DNA of 56,668 nucleotides, counting the filler, from Squatina squatina (lineage: Eukaryota): the NCBI GenBank assembly GCA_031763465.1. It is 3 parts of 2 records of this genome, joined end to end, with 100 filler letters (N's around TTAATTAATTAA, not from the genome) between each part and the next. Parts side by side here need not be neighbours in the genome. Positions count along the whole stretch, not along the records: positions 1 to 26,433 come from JARFOE010000115.1; positions 26,534 to 42,307 come from JARFOE010000115.1; 1 more part is not named here. One strand, written 5' to 3'. The notes beneath the pieces were generated by a model. That model had not been told where the DNA came from, made no database searches, and worked only from the letters and a program-made list of their open reading frames with translations. How positions within the stretch are numbered: position 1 is the first letter of the stretch; each line of letters opens with the position of its first letter. Shown piece by piece: positions 24,206-36,200 of this stretch. Position numbers and translations under genes: made by a program.

Positions 24206-24460
24206 GTAAGTCTTTTTCTCTGCTCTTTTATTTCTCTTTGAATTCTTAACCCAGGTCCTGTCTGTTTATAGGGGGGAATGTGGCTCAAGTTGAAACATTG
24301 GCATTCACTCGGGTGTGTTAGGATTTGCATTGTAAGCAATAATGTCATTTTGTTTTGGAANNNNNNNNNNNNNNNNNNNNNNNNNNNNNNNNNNNNNNNN
24401 NNNNNNNNNNNNNNNNNNNNNNNNNNNNNNNNNNNNNNNNNNNNNNNNNNNNNNNNNNNN

Positions 24461-24845
24461 CATTCTTTACCTCTGGTGTGACCACATCACTAAACGTGCT
24501 ATCCACATACACCTCAGCATCGTGGATACTCCACAATGAATCCATCCACAGCCCAAGTGCCGCAATGCAGTCTGCCAGTCGCTGCAGCTGGATACATTTC
24601 CTGCACACATGGTCACCAGGGACACTGGAAGTAACCCTGATTTCCTACATAGCGCAGGAGGAGCATGCCACGGGTCTGAGCTCTCCTGCCATGACTTACC
24701 CTTTAATTACTTTAAATTAAATTGACTCAAAGCCTATTAATTTCATTAGGGCCTTATTTTACTCTCAACAGTCCTCCACACAATCAAAGGACCTTGTCTT
24801 TAACTTAAACTACTAAACTGTAGAAGTGGTGGAAATACTCACCTT
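24461..24845 (-). mobile_element. CR1 LINE 5' region with ORF1 N-terminus (zinc finger/leucine zipper)
   Basis: ATG at 24692: MAGELRPVACSSCAM*EIRVTSSVPGDHVCRKCIQLQRLADCIAALGLWMDSLW; two CxxC pairs followed by heptads, one nonsense codon. Confidence 0.75.
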
Positions 24846-25237
24846 CTTGAAATCTATGGGTGCAGCAGCAATTCCCAGAAAATTTGAGGATTATATTGCC
24901 TATTATAGTTCAGGCAGCTTTATTCATGTAAATGCAATCCTGAAATCCCCTGATTTTTTTTTTTAAGGTTGCGCATTCCAGGATTGTATGTTAACATTGA
25001 TGGAATCCGCAAGTTACAAACGTTATTAAGCTTTGACTGTGATTAGATTTAAACTGTACTGTCTTCATTGAATTTTAACATTCTGGGCCAGGCTTCGAGT
25101 GGTGTTATTAAAGCCAGCGCATCTTAAAGGACGCAGAAAACTGCCATGCCAGCCCCACTCTGCATAAATGCTCTAACAGTGGGGCAGCACTGGCGAGGGC
25201 GGCTATGTGACAAATATCCCTAAAATACAAATGCTAA

Positions 25238-25620
25238 GAGGCTGAGTGGTATAGTGAGCTAGACACTCGTCTTTTACCTCTGGGGTCTGGGTTCAAATCT
25301 AGATGAGATTCATGGTATGAGAGACTCCTCCCTCTGCTGTCTGTAAGGGGCCTACATGAAATGAGTCTGGCAGTCTCAGCCCAGTTTCTCATGGACATGG
25401 GCACACATCACAATTCTAATTCAGTACTAATTGACACTAAATTGGTAATCTTATTCTGAAGGGACATAGAATGGCTGATTTGGAAAATGGAAAGATGTTC
25501 CAATGGCGCAGTCTGTGGTGTGCTTCTGAAGGTGGGCTGTGGCACATAACTGGGGCAGATTAGAAGTAACTTTGGTTTGCATCTATTGGTTTCATCTGAC
25601 TTGGGAGTGCTCGATACTTG
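25238..25620 (+). mobile_element. LF-SINE-like tRNA-derived SINE in a PRKCI intron
   Basis: A-box/B-box head (gggttcaaatct at ~25289), then ggcctacatgaaatgagtctggcagtctcagcccagtttctcatggacatgggcacacatcacaa and gtactaattgacac, resembling the recalled LF-SINE body; second copy at 51250-51548. Confidence 0.65.
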
Positions 25621-25785
25621 CACTTGATGCCAGGAATGGTAAATGTTCTATTCCCCAGCACTCACGTCCCTCACTTTTAGCGGCATCAAACTTGTATTAG
25701 AAAAAAAAATAAAGTCTAAATGCTGATTGGCGGAAGACTGCCATTGCTCTTCAGTATTGTCTTACAAATTATGCTTTTGTTCCAG

Positions 25786-25875
25786 GATCCAGCAGAGCGG
25801 CTTGGATGCCACCCACAGACGGGATTCGCTGATATTCAGGGTAATCCTTTCTTCCGCAACGTAGACTGGGATTTG
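25786..25875 (+). CDS. PRKCI: PRKCI late kinase-domain exon (90 nt)
   Basis: ttccag|[30 protein letters not shown]|gtgagt. Confidence 0.95.
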
Positions 25876-26274
25876 GTGAGTTTGGAGTGGAACAGGATTC
25901 ATCTTCAAGTGAAAACTGCAGCATTATCGCGCAGCCAAATGAATACTATTTCTCGTGGCTCTTAGGCCTTTTTGTATTTATTTAAAAATGTCTTGAGTTT
26001 TATATATAGTGTGTAATGTGTATTGTGATCTCGTATCTGCTCATTAGAGGGTGAAGTTGTCAAGACGCAATATGGATAACGTTAATACCTGGAAAGTCGA
26101 GGGTTTAATTAAGAAGTCAACGTGAATGTGTAAAAGGCAAATCGTGTCTGACAAATGTAACCGAGTTCTTTGAGGAAATGCAGTGGCTGTTCTGCATATA
26201 ACTTTTCAATAGGCATTTGATAAGCTGCCAGATAGGAGATTCGCTGGTGAAATGGAGGCCCACAATATTAAATG

Positions 26275-26433
26275 GGAATACAAAGAAAAAATGCTGGAAA
26301 AACTCAGCAGGTCAGGCAGCATCTGTGGAGAGAAAAAGAGTCAACGTTTCGGGTCAATGACCCTTCGTCAGAACTGAAAAAGCCAGAACTACAGCAAGTT
26401 TTAAAGCACTGACAGGCAAAGGGGTGGGGTTGG
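26275..26433 (-). mobile_element. Penelope-type repeat terminus
   Basis: aaatgctggaaaaactcagcaggtcaggcagcatctgtggagag...; reverse-complement homolog of 7870-7975. Confidence 0.65.
26339..26375 (-). ncRNA. Minimal type I hammerhead ribozyme motif
   Basis: Minus strand reads AGUU CUGACGA A GGGUC AUU GACCC GAAAC GUU GACU: stem I AGUU/GACU, CUGANGA box, 5-bp stem II, GAAA box, palindromic AACGUU. Confidence 0.7.
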
Positions 26434-26477
26434 NNNNNNNNNNNNNNNNNNNNNNNNNNNNNNNNNNNNNNNNNNNN

Positions 26478-26489
26478 TTAATTAATTAA
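26478..26489. other. Synthetic six-frame-stop scaffold linker TTAATTAATTAA
   Basis: Centred in 44 N + 12 nt + 44 N; identical structure at 42352-42363. Confidence 0.95.
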
Positions 26490-29129
26490 NNNNNNNNNNN
26501 NNNNNNNNNNNNNNNNNNNNNNNNNNNNNNNNNAAATATAACACCAAGGTTGTGAACAGTCTGGTTCAGCCTCAGACAGATTCCAGGGAGAGGGATGGAG
26601 TCGGTGACAAGGGAACAAAGTTTGTGGCGTTATTATAATAATTATTATAATCTGCCTTGTATCATATTCTTTTTTACATTGTATGTTTCACACAGTCTGA
26701 ATTGTTACAACTCGGGAAAATATTACAAATACCTCCCATTCGCTACTACATTTGCCATTTACAATTCAGGCACAGTTACAATTCTGTTCAAACAGTGAAG
26801 AAAGGCTGATAGGTTCTCTTATATTCCGGATAGAAAATAAAGAAGCATTTTTAATTAAAAGACATTTTCAGTAATTAAAATTTCATGTTCTCTCATGATT
26901 TACCGTCCATTTCTTATAGCGGACAAATTGCGTTAACAATTGTGGTATAAATGGCGGGGACTGGATATATATACATATATATATAGATGTCAGTGAAGCA
27001 GGTGGTCAAAAATTGAAACCCTTACAATGGCTGAGTTGTCTCTGGTGGCATGTCTCGTGCTAACGGCTCACTCAAATCCTCAGGCCTCCCAGTTCAGGCG
27101 TGCGCTGTCAGCCTGAAAACTATAACCAATTTGTACCCCTTAGCTTAGTGGCTATAGTATCTCTCTTACCTTATATTTCATTATTTCTCACCACAGGCGT
27201 TTGTATTTTCATTTCTTGCACCTGTGCATGTGTGTGTGTGTGTGTATTGAATCACACCTCCAGGGGTCTTTTAACCACTACAGCATTGAAAAGAGCAGCA
27301 TAAAATGTCTCAGATAACTTGACAGATTAAATGCACACATACCCACGCTCGGCAAAGACCTAAAGGATAAGGCAATGTTGCTGTACCTGTGCTGTGCTGA
27401 GAGCGCATAGTGAAGGAAAGAACTGATTGTGTAACATTATATCTTTGGGAACTGTATGTCAGCAAGCAATCACAAACCCTGAAGTATACAGTGAAAAACA
27501 TTTCAATGCCCTAAAACCTGCAGGAGCAAATACCTGGAAAATGTTGAAGTAAATTTCCAAATATCAAAGTTCCTGAAACTTAATAGAAATTATATGTGTG
27601 TGCATTATCTATTTATGATGATCAGTGTTACTCTTAGATAAATTGTTGTGGTTACCAGCATCTGTTTAATACATCTTTAACTTCCATATTAACCATCCAG
27701 TAAATCAGATATATTTGAAAAACGATATCTGCTCAGTCTTTATTGCCAAAAAAGGTTATTTTTTTCCTCTGAATTCTTTGTAAATGTGAAATTGATCATG
27801 CCGATTGTTTACAGAAGTATTGATATAGAAGATAAGTCACTTGAATGCACACATCAGTGTCTTGTTTTGTCAGCTGAACAGTTTGCTGTAGATGATCGTG
27901 CTGAGATAAGATCAGGACAAGCACTGCACCATATACAGGCTAATTCGAGTGAAAATGGCCACCAATATTTGGGTTGCGTCACTAGAATCTTTTTCAAGTT
28001 GCATTCTTCCATATTGAAAAAACTTAATTGAAATAAAATCATTCAAACATTGAGAAGAAGTATTTAANNNNNNNNNNNNNNNNNNNNNNNNNNNNNNNNN
28101 NNNNNNNNNNNNNNNNNNNNNNNNNNNNNNNNNNNNNNNNNNNNNNNNNNNNNNNNNNNNNNNNNNNGTTTCTGTCATTTGGGTGTTTGTATTATTGTAA
28201 TTGGTTGACTTGTTAGCTGATTTGTGACATGTAACTGAACCACAGGTTTCAATAGCAGGCTTGTTGCACACACGTCAACCCACATTATGATTTGCCAGAT
28301 GTTTGTAACACTGATGTCTTATCCCAAACATCATAGACGGCACCAACGTTGGCATGGAACCGGATGTCGTTATAACATTGTCTTTGGTCTTTACCCAGGA
28401 ACCCTTTCTTCCCCACTATCTGCAGGTTTACTGTTTGCAACTCTAGAACATATTTTAATTCTGAATGATAATAATCCTCTGTATGCATGGTATGCCCAAG
28501 AGGAAACGTTTTAAATATTGGTGTCAAAATCTGATTTAAAAACAGGAGGATTGTAGACTTCAGTCATTTTTATGCTGATTTGCTGGCAGGCAGAAAGTAA
28601 CACTTTTAATATTGAAGTTTGGTGATGTTAAGACCATGTTGACTTTTCAATATGGTTACTCAATGTCAAACACTCACTACAAGTTGGCTAAAGCATCAAT
28701 TAATCCACTGGATCCAATCCACTTTAGCAAGTATGCCGTTTTTGGCTCTTATTAAAGTACTAGTGGAACCAGGATTTAATACTGCCACTGAGATGAAGGT
28801 CTGTTTGCATGAATGTTGAAATATAATTGAATTCATGGTAGTCTGTAGTCCATTTTGTACTTTAGTGGTGAGATGGGAGGAAATTATACCACTCGAGCAG
28901 GAGAGCCAAGGCCACACATTAGCCCCTCCAGGGAATGTGTATAATGGCTAAATATTCTAGTGTTAAGACAAGCAGTGCATCTGGAGGCTTGGGCTTTTTT
29001 AGGCATGTCTTGGAGCTATGCTAAATAATAGCATCTGATTTAGATGGATCCTCGGTAATTCCCTCCCCAACCACCTGTGGCTGTTAAGTTTATGAGAGCT
29101 GTTAACTTCTTAGCAACTGATTCCTTCTG

Positions 29130-29282
29130 TGACACTGTGTGGAGCCTTCTGGCACCCACTGTCAGTACGAATAATGACCATTTGGGTGAGGCACATGAGG
29201 GCTGCCAGAACTGGGGAGCCATATCCCAGTAAGGAATCAACGCTTTCAGGAGAGGAGAAAAAAATGGCAGAGGAAATTGGCA
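29130..29282 (+). mobile_element. AmnSINE2-like SINE, 3' part
   Basis: cactgtc...aatgaccatttgggtgagg...cccagtaaggaatcaacgctttcaggagagg aligns by eye to 35630-35753. Confidence 0.55.
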
Positions 29283-30396
29283 TGAAATAAAACAGGGCTA
29301 ACTCTCCTCGCGATTTCCTACTGTAATACCGAGTTGCTTGACTGATGTTTTGTAGCTGTATTATACAGGAGAGAGTCTCCGACAGTACCTTCCATGTGGA
29401 AGCAAGTATCTCCTGTTACTTTTATAAGTATTTTAAGGTGCTGAAGATATAATTGTTAATGATCTGCTTAGTATCTGATGGCTTTGAGGATAGCTGTCAT
29501 TTCCAATGCACCTGCTCATTCCTTCATGTTGTAGAAAGTGAAGCTCAGTAACCTTATGCTAATCGGTTCCTGAAGCTGCAGATGTCCAAACATAATTGTT
29601 TGAGAAATGAAAACCACTTGAATATGCCTTGCATCTAATAGAGATCACATCTGGCGGAGGGAAGACTTGAAGATTTTAGCTATTATTTTTTCAGGCTAAG
29701 CTAGTAATTTTTGCATAATTCATACTTGAATGAATAAGTTACTTTTTAAATCTTCTTGTCCGGGCAACAGATATCTCTCCAGGTGGTTACTGCATTCTAT
29801 TAGTGATCTATTTTAACTCAGTGGCATTGAATGATAGCAGAGCACAAAGTAATAAAAAAACATTAAGTGAAAGATCATAATAGATTGGTGGAAATATCCG
29901 TTGCCATCACACTTACTGTCTGTGCTAATTGTGCATTAGGGAACTGTGGAGCAGTACCAATGAATGTATGATTTTCATATACTATTGTTTTGGGTGCTAT
30001 TGTGCTGATGATGTGAGTTAGTCTTTGTTAAGGTAATTATTACTTCTGGACTTGGCGGGTGACTTTACGCAGACGTTCTTCTGATCGTCCGATGTACCTT
30101 TAGTGGAAGATCTGCGGTAACCCCGTTTACCATGGGAATCTTTACAGAAATTCACAGTTTGGGTATTTAAGTTCAAAGTGCACTATATTCCAAGGCACAC
30201 ATGTCATGCTCGCAGTGTGTTCCAAGCTCTCATACAAAACCGCTGGCGTAGCAGAGGCTGCAGGCTATTTGCCCATACTGGCAGGCGAGTGGCTACACAG
30301 TTAAGGTACAATCTACAGCATTTTGTTTACATTAGATGTTGGATTCACTCCTCCATTAACACTGAAATTGCCAGAGGATTACTGCCCAGGAAAGGA

Positions 30397-30610
30397 TGAC
30401 AACAACTTGCATTTATATAGCGCCGTTAACTTAGTAAAATGCCCCAAGGTGCTTCACAGAAGTGTTAAAAAACATTTGACACCAAGCCACATAAGGGGAT
30501 ATTAGGACAAGTGACCAAAAGCTTGGTCAAAGTGGTAGGTTTTAAGGAGCGTCTTAAAGGACAAGAGAGATAGAAAGTTCTAGGGAGGGAATTCCAGAGC
30601 TTAGGGCCTA
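30397..30610 (-). mobile_element. L2 LINE 3' end
   Basis: acaacaacttgcatttatatagcgcc...ttttaaggagcgtcttaaagg...gggaattccagagcttagggcct; reverse complement of 35925-36200. Confidence 0.8.
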
Positions 30611-32344
30611 NNNNNNNNNNNNNNNNNNNNNNNNNNNNNNNNNNNNNNNNNNNNNNNNNNNNNNNNNNNNNNNNNNNNNNNNNNNNNNNNNNNNNNNNNN
30701 NNNNNNNNNNGTGAGAATTTGGAACGCGTTGCTCCTGAAGGCCACAGATGCAAAATCAATTGAATAGACAAACCCAAAACAGTAGGGTTCATTTATTCGG
30801 AGCATTTGTTATGTTCAAGATAAATGGAGTCTACTGTTTTGGGTTCGTCATTTGCTATGTTCAGATTCATAAATGGGAACCGAATCACTCAGCTTTCAAG
30901 AAGTTCAGCTCTTATTTCCAACTGTAAACAATATAGAAAATGTCAGAGTTCCAACAGCCAAGTTATTAGAATTTAAATTTTAACCACCCTGAAAATAAGT
31001 TATGCAATACATGTGGCCTTTAGAAAAGTGGTTTTTGGGTTCCATGAGCAACCACAAGAACTATATTTTTCTGATGAACTCATGCCACATGATGGGCCAA
31101 GTGGTTGTCAATTGCGTAATAGAAAATAACACCAACCTCTACCACATCGTGAGTGTGGTGTCATGAAGCACGTTTCACGAAACAGTCACACAAAGAATAA
31201 AAGTGCAGAACATGAAGCTGATATAGGATCACAGGTGTTGCTTCTATCTGTTTTGTGAGGCAAATGTTCCAGGCCTATAGGCCCCATATATCAATATCAT
31301 GTTTTGCCTTATTTCCAAACCAATCAATCCATAGTGGAGGCCATTTTGACTTTGGGTGATAGTGTAAAACGGGCGATATTGGATCAGCCGCTCATTGTAC
31401 ATATCTCCCGATTTTCATTGAAGTTATTTGTCTGTTTTTCTCAAAATCCCTGAATAACCTTACTTCTTCAGTAGCTGACAATTGATTTTGGCATCTGTAG
31501 CATTCAAGAGTAGTATGTTCCAAATTTTCACAACTCTTCACATACAGAAGATGTTGCTGGATTTACTTTTAGCTCAGATTCTAAGATTATGTTTCCTTGT
31601 TCTGGATTCTCTTACAAGAAGGAAGAGTCATTCTCTATCTATACTGTCAATTTCCATTCATTATTGTAAACACCTCAATCCGATCATCCTTTAGTCTACT
31701 CATCGCCAGGAATATGAACCAATATTACCCATCTTTTATCATAGTTCAGTTCCTTCATTTCAGGAATCATCCTCCAAGTTCAGTATTTCCTCTTAAGGTG
31801 TAGCACCAAAAGCTGAACACAACCAGGTGTATTTTCAGCTCCTGGGCATCAGCAGTGAAGGTGAGCATTGAGAAAGAACTGGAGGGGAGACAGAGGATGT
31901 GGGGAAGAGGCTGACTGCCCAAAAATGCGGCAGTTGTAGGCCACCTAATATTTTCCGAGTGGGCAGTGCTAGAAGGAACAGGCTCCACTGCATGAGTCTC
32001 AATGGACCTTTGAAGATTATATTAATTAGCCTGTAGCAGACTTGCACCTACTCAGGTGTATGGAAGATGTCACAGCAATTTTGACATGTACGAGTAGCTG
32101 TGTCTTCACTTTTTATGCTTCATAAGATGCAGTTCTGAAACTTTGCTATCTCCTACAGCCAAGGCCTCCACAACTGGGATGGTTCTGTTTGTGGCAGTGT
32201 CAGTCATGTCTACCCTGAACTTTCTATTGCCACTGTGGTTCANNNNNNNNNNNNNNNNNNNNNNNNNNNNNNNNNNNNNNNNNNNNNNNNNNNNNNNNNN
32301 NNNNNNNNNNNNNNNNNNNNNNNNNNNNNNNNNNNNNNNNNNGT

Positions 32345-32740
32345 GAGAAAAATAAGGCAACATATTACTTAGAAAATAAGAATCTACATGGGTAGAAGAG
32401 CAAATGGACCTAGAGTACAAATACACAAATCACTAAATTTAGCAACGCAGGTTAATAAGCCCATCATAAAAAATGCAAACCAAGCACTAAGGTTTATTTC
32501 TAGAGGGATAGAACTGAAAAATAGAGATGTTCGGCTAAACTTGTATTGCACCTTGGTTAGACCACACTTGGAGTACTGTGTGCATTTGTGGTTGCCATAT
32601 TATAAAAAGGATATAAAGGTACCGGAAAGCATGCAAAAAAGATTTACAGGGAATTATTCCAGAAATACAAGGTTATACTTGTTAGGAAAGGATGAACTGG
32701 CTGGGTCTCTTTTCTTTTGAAAAGAGAAGGCTGAGGATGA
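32345..32740 (+). mobile_element. Degenerate CR1 ORF2 C-terminal fragment
   Basis: ANQALRFISRGIELK...LYCTLVRPHLEYCVHLWLPYYKKDI. Confidence 0.85.
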
Positions 32741-32742
32741 GC

Positions 32743-33056
32743 TTTTTTTTTTAAATTCATTCACGGGATGTGGGCATCTCTGACAAGGCCAACATTTATT
32801 GCCCATCCCTACTCGCCCTTGAGAAGGTGGTGGTGAGCCACTTTCTTGAACTGCTGCAGTCTGCGTGGTGAAGGCACTCCCACAGTGCTGTTAGGTCGGG
32901 AATTCTAGGACTTTGACCCAGTGATGAAGGAATGGTGAAATGGTGATATTTTTCCACGTCAGAATGGTGTGTGACTTGGAGAGGAACTTGCAGGTGCTGG
33001 TGTTCCCATGCAACTGCTGCCCTTGTTTCTCTGGCTGGTTTTGGGAGGTGCTGTTG
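32743..33056 (-). mobile_element. Non-LTR retrotransposon 3' end (clade uncertain, RTE-X-like) with A tail
   Basis: Minus strand ends ...caccaccaccttctcaagggc...gggcaataaatgttggcc...cccacatcccgtgaatgaattt(A)n. Confidence 0.6.
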
Positions 33057-35409
33057 NNNNNNNNNNNNNNNNNNNNNNNNNNNNNNNNNNNNNNNNNNNN
33101 NNNNNNNNNNNNNNNNNNNNNNNNNNNNNNNNNNNNNNNNNNNNNNNNNNNNNNNNTAATGTGGTTATGGCCAAGGGCTAAGTATGAGACAAGCCACAAA
33201 GTATCTGGTACCGAAACAATGAAAAGTTCATCGGTTAAGAGACCTTCTATCTCAGGTGCAGTGAAAGAGAATAGGCTTCCATTGTTAAGGCAGGATAAGG
33301 ACACAGCTTTGTTCATTTCTGTCCTCTGGCACTACAATAATGATATCTTGTCAGTTTAGAGACATGTTGGCATAGATGGCAACTACTGATGGATATACAG
33401 CAAATGAATGGGCAAAGTCATGTATTCATGCTGAAGTATGTTGTCGTAATTTCTTTCAATTTAACTTGGAATCTGAAGAACTGGAAATAAAAGTTTACAT
33501 GCAGAAAGACACAATGAGAGATTTAGTGAAACAAAAAGGGTTTCTGTTTAGTTTCCAGTTCAAATTATTATAATGTTAGCTGCCAGAGTGAGCTAAACCT
33601 CCCTCCTATATTATCATTATTTTGTTTCCGAGTTTACTCGATGCAAGTCATCAAATAAGTGTTAAAAAATATAATGTACATTTTTTTTTGCTTGCCACCT
33701 CCTTGTAATCATTTTGCAATGGAACAGGCATGTAACAACAGAGGGCAAAGCTGCAGTGATTTCCAATTTAAAACTTATGGGTGCATTTACACTCCATGTT
33801 CAGCATCAGTGTGAAGTAGTTCTGATTTCACACCTGAGTAAACTTGTGTGGTCCACCGGGACTTTCACTTCCATGTCGGATTGGGCCCTGACTCTGATAT
33901 AGCCTGCCTTGCAGAGACAGTGCAAAATCAAACTGCTTCACACCAATGCTACAGTTGCAGTGTAAATGCACCCTAAAAATCACTCATTGCTTTTGCTGTG
34001 CTTGTTGGACAGATCCATTTTTTTTCACTTTTCTCAACCCCTGCATATATTAGTGCACATCATATTACACCACGTTGATGTTGGAATGGATAACCATTTG
34101 TTAAAATGTAAAACCTATGATAGACTGGCGAAACACATGATCATTTTAGCATTGGATATATTTTCATAACCTGCACTTTGATTTCGAATAGAGGAAAAAA
34201 AGTAAAACTCTTCCTAGAAAATGTCAACTTCTTGCTAAAATACTTCACATAAGAGTAAAGTCCCTAAGTAAAACCATCTGGGAGAAACAAGCATGCGTTA
34301 GCTCATAATAAATCTGTTGAAAGTTGTTGAAAACTGACCTTTTATTTGTAGACGTTTGATGATTTCACATATGAATCGGGGGAGGGGGTTGCACTCAAAG
34401 GAAATTGCCTTTAATTCGAACTCTTAGAGCTACTTTATGTCAGTGGATTACACGCTTGCCTGATTAGAAGCTTGAGTTACATAAACAGACTGTGTTTAGA
34501 TTTAAGCTTTGCTGTCAGATCTTAAACAGCTGCTTGTACTTAGCTCCAGCAGCAAGCCTTGATTTAATCAAAGAGACAGAAGCATTTTACCTGTTTCTCT
34601 CACGTTCAGCAAGGAGGCAGGAACATTACTGATGTGTGGATTTGCTGGCAGCCAGTATGACAACATAACACCTTTACTGTAAGTTTAAAGCAATATTAGG
34701 CACTTTAGAGACTTGCGGTGAACTGATTGAACCCAGGTACAGCATAACCCAGGTCATTTTTGTTATTTAAAATCAAAGTTTATGATGTCAAAGTGTTAAT
34801 GGATTCTATTTTTTTAAACTCACTGGAAATCTGAATAACATTTACTATGTGCTTATGATTTTAAGCAGGCTGTAGCATTAAATGAGTATAAATAGACAAA
34901 ATGAAAATGTATAAAAAGGATCAAGTGATGCACTGCTAGGGCATAAAATATGAGGCAGGGGTTGTTTGTGGAACTGTTGGAAACCAGTGTGAAGGGTTTA
35001 AAGGAGCAATTTAACAGTCTGGATCATTCACATGCTAATGTACTAATTGAGTCACTGATAGGATAATTGACACCTAGGCAAAACAATAAATGTTTAGGTG
35101 TGCTTAGAGATTGAGTTCAGTTTAGTTGTGGCAAATGAGACGTTTAATCTCAAAAATATGTGCGCCACTTAAATGGATTCCATTCTGGAATAAAATTAGA
35201 TCAATTATAGAGAAACAAATAGGAAATGGTTAGATAGGTTCATTATGTGATAATGAGTAGATTATGATGTACAAGTGCATAAAAGCAATCAGGTTTCACT
35301 GTACAGAATTTCTGTTTTTATATGGATCTGACTGCACAGGAAATGGAGGCTATTGCAACAAAAATTGTAGGGAGACCACCCAGTTTTTTTTTAAAAGGAA
35401 GACACAAGA

Positions 35410-35753
35410 ACCAAGATGCACAGACCAGAATGATCCTGTGCTCAATCCTTGGTCTGTTTAGGTTAGTTGATCTTGGCTGGGGCAGTCAATGAGGTGCTTC
35501 AATTGGCCTCTCTACCCCTGGGCTGGAGCAGATGGAAGTTGGCCAAGGTTCCTGTTCCCGATTACTATTCTGAAAGGTGTGTAAGTGAGAGAGGATAGAA
35601 TTGTCTGTGGTGTCTTCTGTGTTCAAATACCCACTGTCTAGACTCACCAAGAGGAATAGTCACTTGGGTGAGGTTCCAGAGATCTACCAGTGCCTGTGGA
35701 ACAATAACCCTGTACGTGTCAATGCCTTCAGGAGAGGAAAGGAGCCAATTTTG
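35410..35753 (+). mobile_element. AmnSINE2-like tRNA-derived SINE, near full length
   Basis: gttagttgatcttggctggggcag...caattggcctc...cccctgggct...cactgtctagactca...cacttgggtgagg...gccttcaggagagg; collinear with 39070-39428 (-). Family name from recall. Confidence 0.6.
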
Positions 35754-35924
35754 GCAAAAAAAAAAGACTTGCGTACTAAAACTCTCTCTTTAGATCATAT
35801 TGTTGCAATTATGAAGAGCAATTTCCTGGTGTAAACATGCAAGATCAATGCTCAACTGAATTATGGATCTGCTCATACTCGAGAATCAGACCTAGCAGTC
35901 TGGCTAATTTGAATATAATAGGAG

Positions 35925-36200
35925 TGCAATTCCTCTTGCGGATCCCTATTGGTGGCCGTGCCTTCAGCTGCCAAGGCCTTAAGCTCTGGAATTCCCTCCC
36001 TAAGCCTCTCCGCCTCTCTACCCCTCTCTCCTCCTTTAAGACACTCCTTCAAAACTACCTCTTTGACCAAGTTTTTTGTCATCTGCTCTAATATCTCCTT
36101 ATGTGGCTCGGCGTCAAATTTTGTTTGAAATCGCTCCTGTGAAATGCCTTGGGACATTTTACTATGCTAAAGACTTAATATAAATTTAAGTTGTTGTTGG
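35925..36200 (+). mobile_element. L2 LINE 3' end
   Basis: IGGRAFSCQGLKLWNSLPKPLRLSTPLSSFKTLLQNYLF (L2 ORF2 C-terminus), then 3' UTR and a (gtt)n tail; another copy at 52632-52760 (-). Confidence 0.85.

Noticed and set aside
25238-25305. tRNA gene
   Set aside because: Only A/B-box remnants without a cloverleaf; it is a SINE head.
26478-26489. TTAATTAATTAA as a homeodomain site or natural palindrome
   Set aside because: Exactly centred in N spacers twice: an assembly linker.
27786-28066. Short ORFs on both strands
   Set aside because: No motif and no convincing splice-site pair.
32106-32242. Minus-strand frame ending ...VSELHLMKHKK as a terminal exon
   Set aside because: Begins in a gap and no homology recognised.
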